DNA from: a virus
Virus record (IMG/VR): IMGVR_UViG_3300045988_179183
DNA length: 64,000 bases
Direction: 5' to 3' (one strand)
Shown piece after piece: positions 53,532-63,956 of the stretch (the first letter of the stretch is position 1; every line of letters begins with the position of its first letter). A program made the position numbers and the translations under genes. Under the pieces are notes generated by a model, which did no database searches, had not been told where the DNA came from, and was given only the letters and a program-made list of their open reading frames with translations.

Positions 53532-55609
53532 CTTCCAAATAAACTAAGAATTGAACCTATTAATGATGTAGGATCCAACATCGCCGAAGCACGAGCGGCT
53601 GCCGATAATCTTTCACCCACCCCTCTGTTTTCATCCTTCATCAGAGACATTAAATCGTTTATCTGTTTTGCCCTACGTTCCGGATCATCGTATAAAAAGT
53701 TAAGTAACTCATTCATTTTACCCACTATTGCATCTTTTAATGAGTCAATACCTCTTGTGATCTGTTCCTGTGTTGTTGTTAGTTCTCGTGCACGAGAATC
53801 TGAACTCGGACCTCCCCCGGTTTTTATTTTACTGATTGCTTCGTCTAAGTTACCCGATGTATATGCTCTGTAAAGTGCTTCAGTATCAGCATGAGATAAT
53901 CCTGTTAATCCTTTAAGCAAATATTTCGTGCTCACTTCATTACCACCAGATAGACTAGACGCTTGTGATAGATATTGGTTTAAAAATTGTGTGTTATTTA
54001 ATGGATTCTCAGCCATCATTGCAAGATCCCATGTATTTGCATTCGGGTTAACCATTGCCGCTGCCCTGTATGCAAGCCCCCTTGCTAACGGATTCTGATT
54101 ACTTCCGATATTCTGCAATCCGCCAACAATCCTATTTAACTGAGCACCCTGAATACCGCTTTGAGTTAAACCGCCGATAACCCCTGCAATGGCATTTTGA
54201 TTAAAATCACCCCTTGAACTTAATACACTCTGTGCCGCACTTTGATACGCACCCAAAATTTCAGGTAATAACGCTAAATTTCCAAAACCATTCCTTGTAA
54301 TTCGCGCAAGTGCGTTGATGGCGCCGGTCGCTGTTCCTCCTTGACCAAATCTACCCAAGGATAGCATTTGATCATATTGTCCATTATCAATCGCGAGCGC
54401 TCTTTGTTGCGCAAAATTAGAAAGTGCTTGCCGGGGTGAATAAAGTCTCCCGGTTGCTCTTTCATATGCGATCATGCGGGATGTTAATTCTCCCGATTTC
54501 AAACCCAATGCGATTGACTTTTCATCCCATTGAGTTACCATATCTCTTGCACGATCAAGCGATGTATCATGCATGACCGCCAAATCTCTTGCGCCAATCG
54601 CTTGATCGGAATATCTATTCCAACCCCACATGCTGGCCCCAATAATCGCCCCCGCAGTCAACCCTGCGGGTCCAAATCTTGAAATCATTCTGCCTATACC
54701 ACCGCCAGCACCCGCAGCGGTAAGGGCCCCCGTTGTAAATAAATTACCCCAAATACCGCCTCCGCCTGACTCGCCAAGCGCAAATTGATCTTTTAATATA
54801 TTAGCGGCCTCCTGTCTCCGTATTATATCCCGTGCGTCACCGGTTCTTTTTCCTTCAAGTCTCGCAATCCATTTAGCGGCATCATCTTTCGATGTAATTC
54901 CAAGCCGTCTTACAAGCTCTTCCGCCGAATTTTTGGCGTCATTCTTCGTGTTATCCGCTATCTCACGGAGTAACTTAATAAGTAAGGCGTCTCCCTGGCG
55001 ATCCGCCTGTATAGACCTCAATCCACTACGATACTGTTCCCTACTCAAATACCCCTGATCATATCGTGATCTTAATTGAAATGCACGTTGAGTTTGATCA
55101 ATTCTACTTTGCCGCTCAAATTGCTTGATTTTTTCGTTAATATTCGAGCCAATATCACCCCCAGCCCCCAGAGCGCTCGATGCCATTTCGGAATAAAGTT
55201 CACGCGCTCTTTTACTGGGTGACATGTCACTTTCAAGCATCTCGCGGAGACTCCTTACCTGTGCGGTGTAATAGGATCTGTTCGCCTCGAGTCCTTTGAG
55301 GTTCGATTTATATTCCCTCGCAGAAATTGCACCGCCCTTAAATTCAGCCTCTAATTCTTGTCTCCTTAAAGCGTTCGCTTTTTGATTTCTTGTTTCAAGT
55401 AAACGAATCTGTTCCGATATATGTCGGTTAACATCACGTAAATCCTTCGCTTGTTCACGGGCGTTTTTAGCGAATTTATCGTATAATTCAGCAGCACTCT
55501 GTCTCAGTTCTTTTACCCTTGAATCATCGACCTGAATTTTAACCCTGGCATTATTGTCCATTTTGTGCCTCCTGCATCTTTTGTAAAAACTCTCGTGCTT
55601 CTGCTGCAC
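53528..55609 (-). CDS. Tail tape measure protein
   Basis: 693 aa. Long helical, Arg/Gln-rich N-terminal region. Gly/Ala-rich hydrophobic segment (GGGIWGNLFTTGALTAAGAGGGIGRMI...). Follows the tube gene and two chaperone-sized ORFs. The true start may be MDNNARV at 55561. Confidence 0.7.
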   Translation of the reverse strand: MQQKHESFYKRCRRHKMDNNARVKIQVDDSRVKELRQSAAELYDKFAKNAREQAKDLRDVNRHISEQIRLLETRNQKANALRRQELEAEFKGGAISAREYKSNLKGLEANRSYYTAQVRSLREMLESDMSPSKRARELYSEMASSALGAGGDIGSNINEKIKQFERQSRIDQTQRAFQLRSRYDQGYLSREQYRSGLRSIQADRQGDALLIKLLREIADNTKNDAKNSAEELVRRLGITSKDDAAKWIARLEGKRTGDARDIIRRQEAANILKDQFALGESGGGGIWGNLFTTGALTAAGAGGGIGRMISRFGPAGLTAGAIIGASMWGWNRYSDQAIGARDLAVMHDTSLDRARDMVTQWDEKSIALGLKSGELTSRMIAYERATGRLYSPRQALSNFAQQRALAIDNGQYDQMLSLGRFGQGGTATGAINALARITRNGFGNLALLPEILGAYQSAAQSVLSSRGDFNQNAIAGVIGGLTQSGIQGAQLNRIVGGLQNIGSNQNPLARGLAYRAAAMVNPNANTWDLAMMAENPLNNTQFLNQYLSQASSLSGGNEVSTKYLLKGLTGLSHADTEALYRAYTSGNLDEAISKIKTGGGPSSDSRARELTTTQEQITRGIDSLKDAIVGKMNELLNFLYDDPERRAKQINDLMSLMKDENRGVGERLSAAARASAMLDPTSLIGSILSLFGR

Positions 55610-55853
55610 GATCCTCGGGTGTTCGATCTATCTTCCTTGATTTCAGAAAATCGCATTCATTTGGTTTATACTCATCGGTATCCTGAATCTCATTAAACAA
55701 TCGATCTTCCTCCCATTCTAACCGCATATTTAAAAAAGAAGATTCCCTATGTTGTTGCGACATGAAGGGAATCTTATGTTTTTCTCTATACCACCTGTCG
55801 ATCGGAAATTTGAGATTCCATTTTACCATGAACTCTCTAAACTCATTCGACAT
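55551..55853 (-). CDS. tail assembly chaperone-sized protein (hypothetical)
   Basis: 100-aa ORF with its own ATG, between the tube and tape measure genes. Confidence 0.45.
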   Translation of the reverse strand: MSNEFREFMVKWNLKFPIDRWYREKHKIPFMSQQHRESSFLNMRLEWEEDRLFNEIQDTDEYKPNECDFLKSRKIDRTPEDRAAEAREFLQKMQEAQNGQ

Positions 55854-55858
55854 GGCCG

Positions 55859-56203
55859 TTAAATTTTCATCAACTTCTCAATTTCATCTGCGAGGGGTTT
55901 CACATCCCGGTTAAAGGCCTCCTTGATCACCGCGAAATCTTTCAAACCCAAATCTCTGATTTCACACTTCAAATCTTCCATGAATTTAGGACACAACACC
56001 CTCAATGTCGCCTCGATATCAATGATATCTAACGCATTCATCGCACTGTTTGTTGCTGACGTAACCAAACTCGCGTACATCCCGTTGGATAACATCTGTT
56101 TGTAAACTTCAATATCCCGGTACTGTCCGACTGTGGGTAGATTGATCTCGTACTCGTTCTGAACAGTCGATGTCTTAACTTTAAATAAAATTTTTTCCTT
56201 CAT
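55859..56203 (-). CDS. tail assembly chaperone-sized protein (hypothetical)
   Basis: 114-aa ORF directly after the tube gene. Confidence 0.45.
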   Translation of the reverse strand: MKEKILFKVKTSTVQNEYEINLPTVGQYRDIEVYKQMLSNGMYASLVTSATNSAMNALDIIDIEATLRVLCPKFMEDLKCEIRDLGLKDFAVIKEAFNRDVKPLADEIEKLMKI

Positions 56204-56215
56204 ATCTGATTTTTA

Positions 56216-56701
56216 TTAACTCATTGTCATGGGAGTCTTGTATCGACCTGAAATATCCGTTGTTGCAATACCACCTGTTGCGACACTCCATGACATATTT
56301 TCCATGACGCAATCGCGTGCCCTCATGATGGTGTTTCCCGTTGTGTCCGTTTCTGTAACAAGACGGTTTGTCTCATCAACACCCGTTGCCTGTTTACGAT
56401 ACACAACAATAGAGAAAGTTAACGACATCAATGAGATGGTATTGATAACTTCGTCAACGGATCCGTATCTATTCAACATTTTCTTAAACCAAGGAGTATC
56501 AAATCCTATAAAGAAATAGTTGCTACTGAAACTACAATCAACAGCAGTCGGTACAAATTCATTGACCAATAAGTCACCGAGACCCCTAACCGGAGTTAAG
56601 GTGGTCTGTTCGGTGAACTGAACCTGTTGCATTTGACCAACAAGTTCATTATCTATATAAACTGCGGCTTGAGGTGCCCCGAAAGATTTAATCGAATCCA
56701 T
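56216..56701 (-). CDS. Tail tube protein (positional call)
   Basis: 161-aa ORF 4 nt downstream of the sheath-sized gene. Size and order match myovirus tube proteins. Confidence 0.55.
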   Translation of the reverse strand: MDSIKSFGAPQAAVYIDNELVGQMQQVQFTEQTTLTPVRGLGDLLVNEFVPTAVDCSFSSNYFFIGFDTPWFKKMLNRYGSVDEVINTISLMSLTFSIVVYRKQATGVDETNRLVTETDTTGNTIMRARDCVMENMSWSVATGGIATTDISGRYKTPMTMS

Positions 56702-56705
56702 TTAT

Positions 56706-58367
56706 TTAGTTTTTAAATACAAATCCGGTGAAGAATATCTTATTAATCTCATTATTAACAACAATACCGTACGTTACCCAGTAATAATCATCTTTCTTCG
56801 TCACAGTTACGTTACGATAAGAGAGAATCAGATTATCGGTATTCGAATTGGCGGTTCTTGTTAAGAGATAATTCTCCGTCCAATTTTTCAAAATACCCAC
56901 ACTTAATGTGTTCGCATTTACACCGTTCTCGGCACCCAGCAAATCGATCTCACTGTTCACAATCAATTCTTTGTTAATCTGATCAACGATTCTCATGAAT
57001 TGAATTGAGAATGATTCCCCGTTTCCTGTGAACAACACTTGATTATCCTGCAATGTGTTTATACCCTGAAGTACAACAAATTTCTGAAGACTTTCGTTAT
57101 AAACAGTGACGAGCACACCCGCATCAAGAGCTTTTTTCTTATCTGTTTCAGTTAATTGGTGTTTTAGCTTTGAAACCCCTATACTCTTATTTGTAACGGG
57201 AATTTGAGGTGCCTTACCTGCCGTGCGACCGATAATACTACATAAATTATACATCACACCCCACCAACGGTATCCAATTCCCAGTGCGGTAGAAGGCATA
57301 CCCACGCCGCCATGAACGACACAAACATGAGATGAATTGAATCCTTGCGCTGCCTCTAATGATGTCGAAAAATCTCCCTGATCTTCTCCCACGCCGATAA
57401 ATACTTGTTTTTTAAATTTCGCCACGTTATTAACATGAGCAATTAATGCGTTATTCATCGCGCTATTATAGTTTTGTGTACCGTACTGATCCGTGAAAAC
57501 AAAACTTTCATCCAAATTCACGATAGCAGAGAGAACATTATCAAAATATTCACTATTATACGTTTCACTACCGCCTGTTGCCGCACTGTATTTTGTAAGT
57601 ACCGTTATATCCTGCTTATTGATTGCGCCAGTACCTGTCGCTGTCGATGAACTATCCAACATAAACAATTGATTGAACGCTGAACTTGATCTGGCCCAAC
57701 TGATCAATTCATTCATGTTATTAAATTCAGGTGATTCAATAATCAATCGAGGTGCCGCCGATGCCGCGGGAACTTCGTTAAATGGTACACCATCGGGTGC
57801 CAATCCCGTAAATGTTCCTCTCCAAATTTGAAAAACATACTTCGAAGGGTCAAGTGTTCCCGAAACAATTGAAAACGCGTACCCCGTCGTAAGTTCGTCG
57901 GTTGCAGCTTCTCCCGCGGAATTTAAACCATTTGCATTGAGACCCTCATCTAATGTGATTATCTTAAATACCCCACCATTAGATCCGCCCCCGGTCGCGG
58001 TAAATGTCATTGTTGCTGGTGTTGTTGAGGCTGCTCTCACGAACATAAGCTCGGAGATACCAACAGCCGCGGGGTTACTAGCATCCGGAAAAAAGAGTGC
58101 GTTTGCCAGTTGCCAGTACCATCCACCTTTAACAAAGGACCTAAAATCTTCAATATTATCGAACCTATAGATGGCATTTTTCCCGTTGGCATTTTTCCCG
58201 TTAATTCCCGCTCCGCCACCCCATTTTGCACCAAGCACACCGGTATCAATTATCAGACACTTACCATAGTCAAGTGCACGGGGATCGTTTTGCTCCCCGG
58301 CTGCAATCGTTGCGTAAGCGCCCGGCAAAGTGATTTTTTTATTATTAAAATATACTGATATTGCCAT
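56706..58367 (-). CDS. Contractile tail sheath protein (positional/size call)
   Basis: 553-aa ORF with its own promoter-like box, followed by tube, chaperone and tape measure genes in canonical myovirus order. Confidence 0.6.
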   Translation of the reverse strand: MAISVYFNNKKITLPGAYATIAAGEQNDPRALDYGKCLIIDTGVLGAKWGGGAGINGKNANGKNAIYRFDNIEDFRSFVKGGWYWQLANALFFPDASNPAAVGISELMFVRAASTTPATMTFTATGGGSNGGVFKIITLDEGLNANGLNSAGEAATDELTTGYAFSIVSGTLDPSKYVFQIWRGTFTGLAPDGVPFNEVPAASAAPRLIIESPEFNNMNELISWARSSSAFNQLFMLDSSSTATGTGAINKQDITVLTKYSAATGGSETYNSEYFDNVLSAIVNLDESFVFTDQYGTQNYNSAMNNALIAHVNNVAKFKKQVFIGVGEDQGDFSTSLEAAQGFNSSHVCVVHGGVGMPSTALGIGYRWWGVMYNLCSIIGRTAGKAPQIPVTNKSIGVSKLKHQLTETDKKKALDAGVLVTVYNESLQKFVVLQGINTLQDNQVLFTGNGESFSIQFMRIVDQINKELIVNSEIDLLGAENGVNANTLSVGILKNWTENYLLTRTANSNTDNLILSYRNVTVTKKDDYYWVTYGIVVNNEINKIFFTGFVFKN

Positions 58368-58400
58368 TGTATACTATTTTTAAATCTAATCTTCGTGTCA

Positions 58401-58408
58401 TAAAGATA
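58401..58408 (-). promoter_or_regulatory. -7 box (TATCTTTA) upstream of the sheath gene; -33 element weak
   Basis: Plus-strand taaagata at 58401-58408, 34 nt upstream of the ATG at 58367. No clear TTTG at the expected spacing. Confidence 0.35.
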
Positions 58409-58416
58409 AAAACTTT

Positions 58417-58635
58417 TTAGCAGTTACGGAAATTAAAACCGTTTTTTAATAGAAAATTTTTCCACTCATCGATCGTTCTACCGGGTGATTCGGGTAACAT
58501 GTTATATAATGTCATCCTCGTTATACCCGAGATATGAAAATGATTGCACATTTGAGATAGGGTGTACAATCTTTGATTCTCTTGTTGGGGCGCCATGTTT
58601 TCATGGGCTACATTTCCTGTTCTTTTCTTCGCCAT
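58417..58635 (-). CDS. hypothetical protein
   Basis: 72-aa ORF between the neck genes and the sheath gene. Confidence 0.45.
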   Translation of the reverse strand: MAKKRTGNVAHENMAPQQENQRLYTLSQMCNHFHISGITRMTLYNMLPESPGRTIDEWKNFLLKNGFNFRNC

Positions 58636-59399
58636 ACTGTTTTCTCAACCAATAAATTCTGATCTTCCTCGCTTAACACTGGGCCATCATTCTCCTGTAA
58701 TATCGCCTTGCGAGTTTTTTCTTCTTCCTTCTCCTCCCGTATCTGTGTACGTGTTTCAATTTTCGCCTCAAAACGTATACTGTCAAGATACATCTTTCTC
58801 TCTATCGATGGAATGAAATTTGATCTCTGAAGATCTAATCCCACCGTTCTTATAAATGTGGGGTAAGGATTTAATTCCGAATTAACCAACATCTCCCTAA
58901 GTGAAAAGCTCACTTTTTCATAGTCGCGTGCAAATGTATTATACGCACCCACCAATAAGCCGTACAAAGTATCAGAGATTGTCAGTGTCTCCTTGTAGTT
59001 TAAACCCACGCACATCAAATCATAATTAAAACGCTTCGAATCTCTGAAAACTTGCATCTGAGCCCCACCTGATAAGGAAATTACCTCGCTATCAGTTGCT
59101 CCGATTATATTTGTATCACCATCCACCCGGGACGGTTCACGAAGCACGATCACAGGCAAAATGGTGGTATCTTTCGGAAATTCAAGTTCAACGGTTAACA
59201 TGTTTCTCGATGATTCTCTTCGAAGAAAAATCTCTTTTGCCATTAAATAAAATTCCTCGACATCACCATCTCTTTCGCCTAAATGAATGAACTGATATAA
59301 CCACGAATCTTCTTCGTTATCAAATTTATCAAAATCTTGCTTCACCCATTCTAAAAGTGCTTGCACTATACCCTTTAAGTTATATATCGGACTTATCAT
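58608..59399 (-). CDS. head-tail/neck module protein (hypothetical)
   Basis: 263-aa ORF in an overlapping gene chain between the capsid and sheath genes. Confidence 0.5.
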   Translation of the reverse strand: MISPIYNLKGIVQALLEWVKQDFDKFDNEEDSWLYQFIHLGERDGDVEEFYLMAKEIFLRRESSRNMLTVELEFPKDTTILPVIVLREPSRVDGDTNIIGATDSEVISLSGGAQMQVFRDSKRFNYDLMCVGLNYKETLTISDTLYGLLVGAYNTFARDYEKVSFSLREMLVNSELNPYPTFIRTVGLDLQRSNFIPSIERKMYLDSIRFEAKIETRTQIREEKEEEKTRKAILQENDGPVLSEEDQNLLVEKTVWRRKEQEM

Positions 59400-60169
59400 A
59401 ACCCAAAAAAATTATCAATCGCCATCGCGACTGTCGTTTGTATATTCATATTTGAAAGAGCTTGGCCCATAAAATCATGTCTCTCGAAACCCTTATTCCA
59501 CCATGATAGAGGATCACTCTTATCACTAACACGACGGAAAACATAATACCCACCTCTTTTCTCCTTGTTCGTCGACGATATATCTTTCCGAATCAAACCC
59601 GCATAAACCGATACCTTGTGTTTATATTCTTCGACGCGCTTATTCATCCTCTCTATGGTAGCTCTTTGATTCGTGCCATTAAAAGGTATCGGAAGATCCG
59701 TCTGACGTAAAGGTATCGTCGATTGTTTTGCCAACCTCTCTATCTGTTTAGGTAAAATTCCCGCGAACGCACCCGATTCTGCCAACGCCTCACTTGATGC
59801 GTATCTGAATGGAATCGTCATATACCAACCACCGCCCTTTTTCATTTTCTTTTTAGGAGATTGGCTGAATCCGATCTTCTCATCAAAAGGTTCATGACCA
59901 ACCTCCAACATTAAAGGTACCGGGTTTCCTTTTGAGTAATTTAATGTGAAAATGGCTTCGGTTGATGATATCCTATCGAATGACATTGCTCTTAAATAAT
60001 CAACTCTCGTTGATCTAAGATTCTTATTCACAACATTCGTCCATTCTTCTGAATACCTTTGAACCAATCTATCAAGAACAAATGATGATAACGCGGACAT
60101 TCTATCGGCTGTAAGTGCAAGTGATGCACCTACCTCGCTTAAATCAATATACACTGGGAGTGGTATCAT
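59396..60169 (-). CDS. head-tail/neck module protein (hypothetical)
   Basis: 257-aa ORF with 4-nt overlaps on both sides. Confidence 0.5.
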   Translation of the reverse strand: MIPLPVYIDLSEVGASLALTADRMSALSSFVLDRLVQRYSEEWTNVVNKNLRSTRVDYLRAMSFDRISSTEAIFTLNYSKGNPVPLMLEVGHEPFDEKIGFSQSPKKKMKKGGGWYMTIPFRYASSEALAESGAFAGILPKQIERLAKQSTIPLRQTDLPIPFNGTNQRATIERMNKRVEEYKHKVSVYAGLIRKDISSTNKEKRGGYYVFRRVSDKSDPLSWWNKGFERHDFMGQALSNMNIQTTVAMAIDNFFGL

Positions 60170-60930
60170 AACTCACTACCTTTTATGGTTTGATTCGATT
60201 CATTCACAACAAAATTCGCTCTTCTCGCGATTGCTTGCACGGGGAGGTCTATCTTTTGTAAATTCCCGTTTTCATCCGTTTTATTGCTCGCTCTAATTTC
60301 ATGAGGTAAATCAATAACGTTATACTGCACATAATGCTTATAATACACGGAAACAATATCACCCTCTTTTAATCCTGCATTAGCGTTGAAGAATAGGGTA
60401 TATTCATTATTCTCGGGATCGGTGTAATAGGAGTCGGGTGTTAGATTTTGAAGTTGGCCATTCCCATCTATCACGCTTAATTGAAATAATTTAAAGGGTT
60501 GGAATGTTAACCATACAAATAACATCCCATTGAAAGCTCGAACAACACGGTTCTCAGAAAATATCCCAAACTTTTCTTTAAATGTTAATTTATCAAAAAA
60601 ACTGAAGTTCAACCCCTCATCATACGTTGAAACCGCAATGGTACCAGCATTATCCATCGTCCACTCTCGGTATTTCGTATTAACATTAACACCTGTAATT
60701 AAACATATTACCTCGGTTGGATCAATATAATAATAACCAGTTCCCCCACAATAAGGACACGATGGATTCGGGTGGCCCGCATCCATTCCACAAGGACACG
60801 CAACAGCCCGTTCCTGATATATCCTATACCCTTTTTGAGTAATTGCCGCATCAAACGCACCCTTATCAAATTCAGGTGACGGATATCCCGTCGTATTAGG
60901 CGACTGCTGTAACGTGTAATTTTTGCTCAT
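60166..60930 (-). CDS. head-tail/neck module protein (hypothetical) with a Cys4 cluster
   Basis: 254 aa. CPCGMDAGHPNPSCPYCGG zinc-ribbon-like motif. Confidence 0.5.
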   Translation of the reverse strand: MSKNYTLQQSPNTTGYPSPEFDKGAFDAAITQKGYRIYQERAVACPCGMDAGHPNPSCPYCGGTGYYYIDPTEVICLITGVNVNTKYREWTMDNAGTIAVSTYDEGLNFSFFDKLTFKEKFGIFSENRVVRAFNGMLFVWLTFQPFKLFQLSVIDGNGQLQNLTPDSYYTDPENNEYTLFFNANAGLKEGDIVSVYYKHYVQYNVIDLPHEIRASNKTDENGNLQKIDLPVQAIARRANFVVNESNQTIKGSEL

Positions 60931-61724
60931 AATACCTCAAATTGTAGCCCCTTGTAAATACCCTCGATCCGTTTCACTGTTTCGGTAATTTCTTTCCCAT
61001 AATTGATTAACCTCGCGTTATACCCCGCTGATGTTGCGGATGCCGTTGTTGAAATTGATTGACTCAAACCATCAATCGAAAGACTCTGACTCGCAACACC
61101 CGCAGTTCCGAGAATCAAATCACCCGCTATATTTAGCGGCCCGAAAGTTGCAAGTTTACCGATAATCCCGATTAAATCCCACGGTAAATTATCAAGATCA
61201 AATCCCGTTATGTACTGATAGTTCCAGTAATCGGGTATGTTACGAAATCTTTGAATTCCAAGTTGTGTCACAATACCCGTTAAAATAATATCCTGATTCG
61301 CCGCCATTCCACCTGACCCCGTCGGAACTATACTTATACGTCTTCCCCCAATTTGATCAGGATCCTTCGCATATGATAACCATTCAACGGGATATCTTAC
61401 TTGTTCAATCGTTTTTAAAAGACCAATCAATGCAAGAGGTCTTTGAACTATATACTTCGTATTGATTATCGGGAATTGCTGGCTATAACTGTCCCAGTAA
61501 TAAGAAGATGATTCGGTTATCAACTGTTTGATAATTTTCACGGAGAACCAATTTTCAACCGTTTTCTGAGCTTCCCTCACATAATATGTATAGGCTTCAT
61601 CAGAGAATTTAGTGCCATTCGTCGCATTAATCTCAATACCATACAGATACAGGGTTATCACCTCCGCCGGTGAAAATAATAACCCCGTATTCTTCTTATA
61701 TTTTATAGACAGTGTGAGTTTCAT
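60927..61724 (-). CDS. head-tail/neck module protein (hypothetical)
   Basis: 265-aa ORF with a 4-nt overlap to the next gene. Confidence 0.5.
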   Translation of the reverse strand: MKLTLSIKYKKNTGLLFSPAEVITLYLYGIEINATNGTKFSDEAYTYYVREAQKTVENWFSVKIIKQLITESSSYYWDSYSQQFPIINTKYIVQRPLALIGLLKTIEQVRYPVEWLSYAKDPDQIGGRRISIVPTGSGGMAANQDIILTGIVTQLGIQRFRNIPDYWNYQYITGFDLDNLPWDLIGIIGKLATFGPLNIAGDLILGTAGVASQSLSIDGLSQSISTTASATSAGYNARLINYGKEITETVKRIEGIYKGLQFEVL

Positions 61725-62311
61725 TACTTCACAGACATAAGTAATTCGATGATATCATCCTTCGTTCTGAATTTTCCGTCAACCATCAATTGATCCTCGC
61801 TAATTCCAAGTTGTTTAGCCATATCAATTAACTCATCTTTTTTCTTCTCTTTCAACCGTTTTAGAATTTCATCGTCTTCTGTCTCTGTATCGGGTTCAGT
61901 TTTCCCGGGTTTAGTATCAGACCCTTCTTTTTCAACTTCGGCTGATTTATTAAGAATTTCACCCAGCAACGTTGGATCGATGTGTTTTTTTAATTTCTCA
62001 CAAATTCCTTTCCATAAAACAAGCTCCTCGTTGAGTTTCTGGATCTTTAAATTCAGGCCCATAATTTCATTCTTCAAAAAGCCCGTTTCTGCCTTGTATC
62101 CCGCCACTCGTTTTGAGAGTTCATTTTCAAGCATCAGTTCTGATTTTGTTTTATTTGACGGAACGCCCCCTTCAATATAAATGGGTAGGCCTGATGATAT
62201 AGCTTTCTCACCTAACTCGTCGGTTACATCGGCAATGCCATTAACAAATTCGATATCTTCATCAAAGATTCTAATCGTTTGATTTCTATACACTTGAGAT
62301 TCTATCTTCAT
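61724..62311 (-). CDS. hypothetical head-associated protein (coiled-coil, acidic/lysine-rich C-terminal half)
   Basis: 195-aa ORF, first gene after the capsid-gene terminator and its own promoter. Confidence 0.5.
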   Translation of the reverse strand: MKIESQVYRNQTIRIFDEDIEFVNGIADVTDELGEKAISSGLPIYIEGGVPSNKTKSELMLENELSKRVAGYKAETGFLKNEIMGLNLKIQKLNEELVLWKGICEKLKKHIDPTLLGEILNKSAEVEKEGSDTKPGKTEPDTETEDDEILKRLKEKKKDELIDMAKQLGISEDQLMVDGKFRTKDDIIELLMSVK

Positions 62312-62346
62312 ACTTTAAAAATTTATTGTTAACATAGATTCAGCTA

Positions 62347-62377
62347 TAAAGGTAGAAAAAAACTTTCCATTATCAAA
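62347..62377 (-). promoter_or_regulatory. Bacteroidota-type promoter (late/structural class)
   Basis: Minus strand reads TTTG-N19-TACCTTTA (plus taaaggta 62347-62354, caaa 62374-62377). Confidence 0.5.
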
Positions 62378-62383
62378 ATAAAA

Positions 62384-62405
62384 GGGAGTGATTTTAATCA
62401 CTCCC
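62384..62405 (-). terminator. Rho-independent terminator after the major capsid gene
   Basis: 9-bp stem gggagtgat/atcactccc with a 4-nt loop, followed on the minus strand by TTTTATTTTG. Confidence 0.75.
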
Positions 62406-62435
62406 CCTTATAACTACCAATATTTAGCAACGAGA

Positions 62436-63956
62436 TTATGCTTTCGGTCTCCCGATGTTGCAAATTCTCACGAATTTACCGGGAGCGTATAATACCGGCG
62501 TACCGTAGTTCAAAATGGAGAAACGTCTACTTGGAGAAGTGATCGCGTATTCCATTTTCATAGTATCGGCTAATTGCAAGTATTGGATCAAAGAATCATC
62601 CATCTTGAATACCAATGCCGAATGAGTGCCTGCGATAGAGCGGTTTCTATCACGAACCGCACCAGCGGCGGCTCCATCATACCCAGAAGCTAACGCTGCT
62701 GCCGGGATTTGGAAAATCGGATAATAGTTCGCCGTGTTCGGATTTGCCGGGTTTGCCTCCGTACGATAAATCACAAATGCTTGTGTCGGGTACGTTGAAT
62801 TGATCGCGGCGGTAAATTTCAAATCTACCGAATCAGTTGCAGTCACAGCTTGAGCCGCATCGTTCAATTTCGTTAACGCACTCTCACCGTAGCGGTTTTT
62901 AGCTGCGACGGCGTATAAATACGTACCCGCATGATTCGTGAATTTCGTTTTTGAATCAGCTGCAACAATTTTAACAGCGGCTGATACGTCTTTAACAGGT
63001 GCTGCCGGTGCCTTATCGTTTGTTGCCGGTGAATTAAATAAACGAGCCGGTTTGCTATCAAAGAACGGATCCGCCATGAAATCAATGTCACCGAACTGGG
63101 TTGCAACACTGGTAACCTGCAAACCTGCTCTCGCGTTCATCATGCTGCCTGACACTCCATTAACATTCAGAACCTTGTTTTCAGTATGATCATTCACATA
63201 ATCAGTGAATACAATCGGGTTTGCGATAATCTTATCCGCGAAACCGTAACGCAAGTTGACAATCGTGTTTGTTGCTTCCTGCATCAAGAAATCCGTTAAG
63301 ATACTACCATCGGCATTAACAACTGCCGGGTCAGCGTAGTAAGTGTCAAGGATACCTTCAGATGTCTTTCCGGCCATTCCGCCATAAACATCGAGAATAC
63401 CTTCAACGTGCTGTTGCCAGATTCCTGAGAATTCTTCCTCGATGCAGCTACTGTCGAAATTGGTCAATGCAACATCCAAGCTTTGTAACAATAACAAAGT
63501 TTTGTTACGAACTTCGAGTTCAAACATTGAATCACCCTCTGCTGCAATCCGCACCAACGTTGCGGGATGTGTAACCTGACCGCTCACACCCAAGAATTTC
63601 GTGATGATCGGTTTGCGTCTGTATTGTGAATCAGTGAATTGAGGAGTTTCTCCCTCAAGATTAGCAATACCGACATTGTTACCGTATTTCACCAACTGAT
63701 TGTATTGATGTACGGTATTATAAATTTTTTTCTTTCCGATGTTTTTCCAGAATACCAACTGTTTTTCAGTATATTCCAACACCTTGATAACGCCATCCAA
63801 AGACTCCACTTTCAAGCCACCTCCGTTATTCAGAGTGTTGGCATATTGCATACCAGTCATAAGACCGGCTTCCATCGCCTTCAGAATATCCGCAGTTAAG
63901 AACTCTCCGCGATCGATCCCCGGAGCAACTTCATTTAAACCAATTTGTTCTAACAT
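62436..63956 (-). CDS. Major capsid protein (positional call)
   Basis: 506-aa ORF followed by the strongest terminator in the window, which is typical for a highly expressed capsid gene. It precedes the head-tail gene chain. No motif-level proof. Confidence 0.5.
   Translation of the reverse strand: MLEQIGLNEVAPGIDRGEFLTADILKAMEAGLMTGMQYANTLNNGGGLKVESLDGVIKVLEYTEKQLVFWKNIGKKKIYNTVHQYNQLVKYGNNVGIANLEGETPQFTDSQYRRKPIITKFLGVSGQVTHPATLVRIAAEGDSMFELEVRNKTLLLLQSLDVALTNFDSSCIEEEFSGIWQQHVEGILDVYGGMAGKTSEGILDTYYADPAVVNADGSILTDFLMQEATNTIVNLRYGFADKIIANPIVFTDYVNDHTENKVLNVNGVSGSMMNARAGLQVTSVATQFGDIDFMADPFFDSKPARLFNSPATNDKAPAAPVKDVSAAVKIVAADSKTKFTNHAGTYLYAVAAKNRYGESALTKLNDAAQAVTATDSVDLKFTAAINSTYPTQAFVIYRTEANPANPNTANYYPIFQIPAAALASGYDGAAAGAVRDRNRSIAGTHSALVFKMDDSLIQYLQLADTMKMEYAITSPSRRFSILNYGTPVLYAPGKFVRICNIGRPKA

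Noticed and set aside
55851-55905. Possible programmed -1 frameshift joining the two chaperone-sized ORFs (55859..56203 and 55551..55853), as in gpG/GT-type tail chaperones.
   Set aside because: The end of the first ORF reads ...ATG AAA ATT TAA. This is not a canonical X XXY YYZ slippery heptamer in the zero frame. The second ORF has its own ATG 3 nt after the stop, so no frameshift is needed or supported.
4105-62873. Short minus-strand ORFs nested in alternative frames of larger genes (4105..4338, 5649..5837, 10234..10458, 10537..10752, 16909..17115, 43503..43727, 52091..52279, 54274..54465, 58037..58249, 62873..63109).
   Set aside because: They are fully contained in well-supported CDS in another frame and are basic, low-complexity peptides. 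There is no independent evidence that they code.
826-63899. All plus-strand ORFs in the track (for example 2170..2721, 8155..8559, 37827..38240, 37904..38299, 50394..50942, 40984..41340).
   Set aside because: Each lies entirely antisense to a long minus-strand gene with clear motifs. They have low-complexity, Ser/Leu/Phe-rich translations typical of shadow frames, and no promoter box precedes any of them.
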